Source: Octopus sinensis
Lineage: Eukaryota
Direction: 5' to 3'
Assembly: GCF_006345805.1 (NCBI RefSeq)
Contig: NW_021836662.1
Coordinates: 1-23,111, forward strand
DNA length: 23,111 nt
Under the pieces are notes generated by a model. It was not told where the DNA came from. It saw nothing but the letters and a program-made list of their open reading frames with translations, and did not search any database. How positions within the stretch are numbered: position 1 is the stretch's first letter; each line of letters begins with the position of its first letter. The position numbers were made by a program, and so were the translations under genes. This document shows, in pieces, positions 18,997-23,111 of the stretch.

Positions 18997-19445
18997 TTGA
19001 TATATATATATATATATACTTATATATTTACACACATATATATATACAAGTGCATATATTTTATGACTTATGGATTTGTTGATGACTATATACGTGTGTG
19101 TGTGTATTAGAAGTCATACGACATTTCTATAAAATTTCTCCATTCACACTCTAAGTGTCAAACAAACTTGGCCTTGAAATTGAGTGGAGTTTTCTGCATG
19201 GCACCCAAACCCCAACGTGCTACATTTTGGTATCATACCAGGTGATAGATTAAGTTCGGTTAAAACAGAATCGTGTGTGGTATTGTGTGCCAACTCCAGC
19301 TGAATTCACTTCAGTTCACCTCTCACTTCTGTCTGTGGTTGTCATTGTTAGAACTAGAGGTAACTCTTGTTATCTATGATAAATATCTTTTTATGGATTC
19401 TATAATGTATAAGATTTTATTTAAATATCATAAATATATAGGCTT

Positions 19446-19839
19446 AGGCGTGGCTGTGTGGTAAGTAGCTTTCTCACCAACTACATGGTTCCGGGTTCAG
19501 TCCCACTGCATGGCACCTTGGGCAAGTATCTTCTACTATAGCCTCAGGCTGACCAAAGCCTTGTGAGTGGATTTGGTAGACGGAAACTGAAAGAAGCCCG
19601 TCATATATATGTATAGATATATATGTATGTGTGTGTATATGTTTGTGTGTCTATGTTTGTCACCCCCAACATCACTTGACAACTGATGCTGGTGTGTTTA
19701 GGTCCTCGTACCTTAGCGGTTCGGCAAAATGAGACTGATAGAATAAGTACTAGGCTTACAAAGAAAAAGTCCTGGGGTTGATTTGCTCGACTAAAGGCAA
19801 ATGACTGAAACAAGTAAAAGAGTAAAAGAATAAAAAGAG
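19446..19839 (+). mobile_element. SINE family A with a ~23-bp deletion near the 3' end
   Basis: Collinear with 7716-8120; the GGTGCTCCAGCATGGCCGCAGTC segment is missing at ~19797. Confidence 0.92.
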
Positions 19840-20518
19840 TATATAACTGGCTCAATTGTGTATAAATATATATAAATATATATTGTGTATAAACATATAA
19901 ATTATATTCTTGTTTTGTTAGTGTTACTTGTTAATATTATAATTGTTTTCCATTGTATTAGTAATTAAATATTAATATGTATTACTATGTTTGTTTTATT
20001 TAGTTTTTGTTGTTAAAATAAATTGTCAATCCTAATGTGTTTATACACATGTTAATTTAAAATAATAAATATTTAGGATTGATTTGCTCTGTTATTTCTA
20101 TAAACTGACAAGGCAAGCTCAATTAAACCCTAGGCAATGGAATAAGTGCTACTGATGTGGATTAACTCAATGCGGATCATTGGTGATCTGACACTCCTCA
20201 TAAGGAGGTTGGTCTCCTTTGTCACTCAAGTAATAAGTGCTTTGCCCATGGCTGAGAGTTGTTTTGACTCTTATTTCTAGCAATGCTGGTGTTGATTTGC
20301 ACCCTTTATTCCTTTGGTGACAATTGAGTATATATATTTTACATTTTATATTTTATCCAGTTTCAGCTCACGAGCTGTGGCCATGCTGGGGCACCGCCAC
20401 TACATACATACATACATACATACATACACATATATAAATATATATACACACACACACACATTTATGTGCTTAAATACACCTATAAATATGTGTGTGGGTG
20501 GGTGTGTACACACACATG

Positions 20519-20591
<73 letters not shown>

Positions 20592-20603
20592 ATATTTATA
20601 TAT

Positions 20604-20917
20604 GTGGAGGCACAATCGCCCAGCGGTTAGGTCAGCGGACTCGCGGTCGTAGGATCGCAGTTTCGATTCCCAGACCGGGCATTGTGAATGTTTATGGAGC
20701 GCAAACACCTAAAAGCTCCACGAGGCTCCGGCAGGGGGTGGTGATCCCTGTTGTACTCTTTCATCACTCTTTCTCCCACCCTTTCTTCTGTTGGCCTGCT
20801 CGCTTAGCCAGCGGGGTGGCGTCATTCGAAGGCTAAAACAATGCGAACGCATTGTTACCAGCGATGTGTAACTACATCTGATAGACTGGTCAGTCACGTG
20901 ATCACGTGATCACGTGA
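20604..20917 (+). mobile_element. tRNA-derived SINE family E ending in (TCACGTGA)x3
   Basis: GCCCAGCGGTTAGG (A-box-like), GTTTCGATTCCC (B-box-like); CpG-rich; flanked by ATATTTATAT at 20592-20601 and 20917-20926. Confidence 0.85.
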
Positions 20918-20967
20918 TATTTATATGTATGATGATAATTATATTCATACATACATATATGTATGTG

Positions 20968-21007
<40 letters not shown>

Positions 21008-21034
21008 TGGAGCTAAATGTAGGTGTTATTCAAA

Positions 21035-21139
21035 TTCATTTACTTCCGACACGTTTTGAAGTTATCACTGATATTATTCCAAAGGAATAAAATGGTGTAA
21101 AACAATGTAATCTTCTTTTCAGGGAAGTGAAGAAATGAA
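21035..21139 (-). ncRNA. Hammerhead relic: intact stem I, mutated core
   Basis: TTCATTT..ACTTCC-CTGAAAA-GAAGAT..ACTTC-AAA-ACGTGT-C-GGAAGT-AAATGAA; G8A and G12A relative to consensus; homologous to 8720-8835. Confidence 0.6.
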
Positions 21140-21745
21140 ACTCGTCAATAAGACATTTTAACGGAAAATGATGGATATGTATAGTGATTAACTGAACACT
21201 ATTAATGCTGCTTCAAGAAAACTTTATAGGATATAACGTCAGAGGTAGCCTATGGAAAGAGGAGGGATAAAGTAAAGAAAAACTAAATAAATGGGAAGTA
21301 TATGACTATACGTATATTAAATAAAACCTTATATACTAGGAAAATAAATATGTTTAGTGATTGTGAAATATAAAAGGAAAATTAATGTTTAAATTATATA
21401 TAAGGATAGAAATCACTTATATGAATGAAAGGTGTAATTTTGCTAATGTTTACATCGGTATGCATGCTCTGTAACTGTGTTTACTAGGGGATTTTTAGAA
21501 AAAAGAATGAAAAATAGTTTAGAATTGTTAACAAGGGAAAAATACACACATCTATTTATATGTATATAGGGAGAGTTTACAAAAAAAAAACAAAAGACGA
21601 AGACAGGTGGTGTAGAAAACAAACAGATGTATTAGTATAACGCTCAGGAATATAAAGAAGTCTTTTATGCTTTGAGCCTTCAGATTATCATTAATGTCTT
21701 TCATCGATGGTGAAAGTAGCTAATGTTTGTTTTGTATCCTCCTTG

Positions 21746-21930
21746 TCATCATCATCATTATCATTGTTTAACGTCCGTTTTCCGCGCTAGCATGGGTTGG
21801 ACGGTTCGATCGGGGTCTGGGGAGCCAGGGGCTGCTCCAGGCTCCAGTCTGATCTGGCAGTGTTTCTACAGCTGGATGCCCTTCCTAACGCCAACCACTC
21901 CGCAAGTGTAGTGGGTGCTTTTTACGTGCC
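21746..21930 (-). mobile_element. RTE LINE 3'-terminal fragment (~185 bp) with (GAT)n tail
   Basis: Reverse complement matches 14255-14438 (GTGGTTGGCGTTAGGAAGGGCATCCAGCTGTAGAAAC...CCAACCCATGCTAGC...GACGTTAAAC). Confidence 0.92.
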
Positions 21931-21944
21931 CATGATTATTATTG

Positions 21945-21985
21945 TCATCATCATCATCATCATCATCAACATCATCATCACCATC

Positions 21986-22016
<31 letters not shown>

Positions 22017-22065
22017 CCATCACCATCATCATCATTGTCGTCGTCGTCATCATCATTACCATCAT
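21945..22065. repeat. (CAT)n trinucleotide microsatellite
   Basis: Direct reading; source of the poly-Ile ORF. Confidence 0.95.
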
Positions 22066-22415
22066 TGTTATAATGATTTGTTCAGCATGGTTTGTGCATT
22101 TTGGTTTTTTGGGAGAGTGAGGGTGGAGGTGGTTAGGAGGGAGTCAGTGTTTGCACACATGTGCACACACCCACATTCAAGTGTCCCGTGTTATTGAGAC
22201 GACACACCCTTGTTTAGAACACAGAAAGAAACAAGGAGAGAAAAAAATGTGTGTAGTGGCTAACGATCTATCATGAACACACGCATGCAAGTGCATATAT
22301 ATGTATGTATGTGTGTATGTGTGTGCATATGTATGTATTCAGATTATAAAAAAAAATAATTTCTTATTAGTTCATCCATCATGATGTCATATTTCCAACT
22401 CGAAAGTAAAATTAC

Positions 22416-22468
22416 CAGAACATGGAACCAGGAAAGCAAAACTGAGAAGAACCACCGTTAACTTAATT
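22416..22468 (-). other. Candidate 53-nt exon encoding a signal-peptide-like stretch (IKLTVVLLSFAFLVPCS)
   Basis: Pyrimidine-rich acceptor TTCTGTTGTCTGTTTATTTTAAG and donor G|GTAATT; no start codon or homology recognised. Confidence 0.25.
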
Positions 22469-22589
22469 CTTAAAATAAACAGACAACAGAATTGGCAGAA
22501 AATGTATTCAGACTAGCAGAACCAAGAAACCTTACAATAGAAATAGAATTATGGTTAGACAAGGAAAACATAAGCAAAAAGGAAATGTA

Positions 22590-22964
22590 ATATAATAATG
22601 ATAGAAATAATAATAATAATAATTACAACAACAATAATAACAATATGAATAATAGTAATAATAGTAATAATAATAACAATAATAATAATAATAATAATAA
22701 AAATTCAAAAGATAGTGCTCATGGGAACTGCTCATATCCTACGCAAAATACATTCTATGTAATCTCAAGTTTTAAAACAAGCATAATTTTCGTATGTTTT
22801 TTTTTTCTTTCTTTAGGCATTCACTAGTACAACACTAAATACAAAACCAAATATATGGCCCACTAGGCATAACAACAACACGAACTTCCAACCTGTTGTC
22901 TCTTGAGGTCTCTGGGTGAGACTTGGAGCCAGCTTGTACAAATATAAAGCAAAAGTTAAACATA

Positions 22965-23024
<60 letters not shown>

Positions 23025-23041
23025 TAACATTAATAATAATA
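22590..23041. repeat. (AAT)n arrays at 22590-22700 and 22966-23041
   Basis: Direct reading; source of the poly-Asn, poly-Tyr and poly-Ile ORFs. Confidence 0.95.
22703..22965 (+). mobile_element. 5'-truncated R4/Dong-like non-LTR retrotransposon 3' end within (AAT)n
   Basis: 22703-22762 reads IQKIVLMGTAHILRKIHSM*, resembling the QK..L.GTA.ILR C-terminus of RLE-type (R4/Dong) elements; ~200-nt 3' UTR; (AAT)n on both sides. Confidence 0.75.
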
Positions 23042-23111
23042 AATGCCCTCATGCAGCACCAGGCTGTGGCTCTCATGGCTTCTGATCTTAACTGATTGGA
23101 AGAGCTATCAT
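23042..23111 (-). mobile_element. Possible retroposon 3' end abutting (AAT)n, cut by the window edge
   Basis: Complex sequence AATGCCCTCATGCAGCACCAGGCTGTGGCTCTCATGGC directly after the array; resembles a recalled octopus repeat, not verifiable here. Confidence 0.35.

Noticed and set aside
20604-20680. tRNA gene call for SINE heads
   Set aside because: No complete cloverleaf or acceptor stem; each head continues into a repeat body, and some have TSDs.

Overview
AT-rich, microsatellite-dense, non-coding eukaryotic DNA. The repeat landscape resembles an octopus (coleoid cephalopod) intron or intergenic region; this is inferred from recalled repeat families, not a database search. No host protein-coding gene can be firmly supported, and almost every ORF in the track is a microsatellite or SINE artefact. 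The window is a mosaic of: at least 4 tRNA-derived SINE families; a 5'-truncated, frameshifted RTE-clade LINE (12233-14438) plus 3'-end fragments; TTAA/piggyBac-type and hAT/Charlie-type MITEs; an R4/Dong-like 3' end inside an (AAT)n array; and a degenerate ~65-bp minisatellite. The most notable signal is absent from the ORF track: seven minimal type-I hammerhead ribozyme (HHR) motifs of the Penelope-like-element (PLE) type, two of them back-to-back inside a ~570-bp near-perfect palindrome. Several asymmetric fold-back palindromes also recur, mostly bounded by (TA)n tracts. All folding and alignment was done by eye and coordinates of degenerate repeats are approximate.
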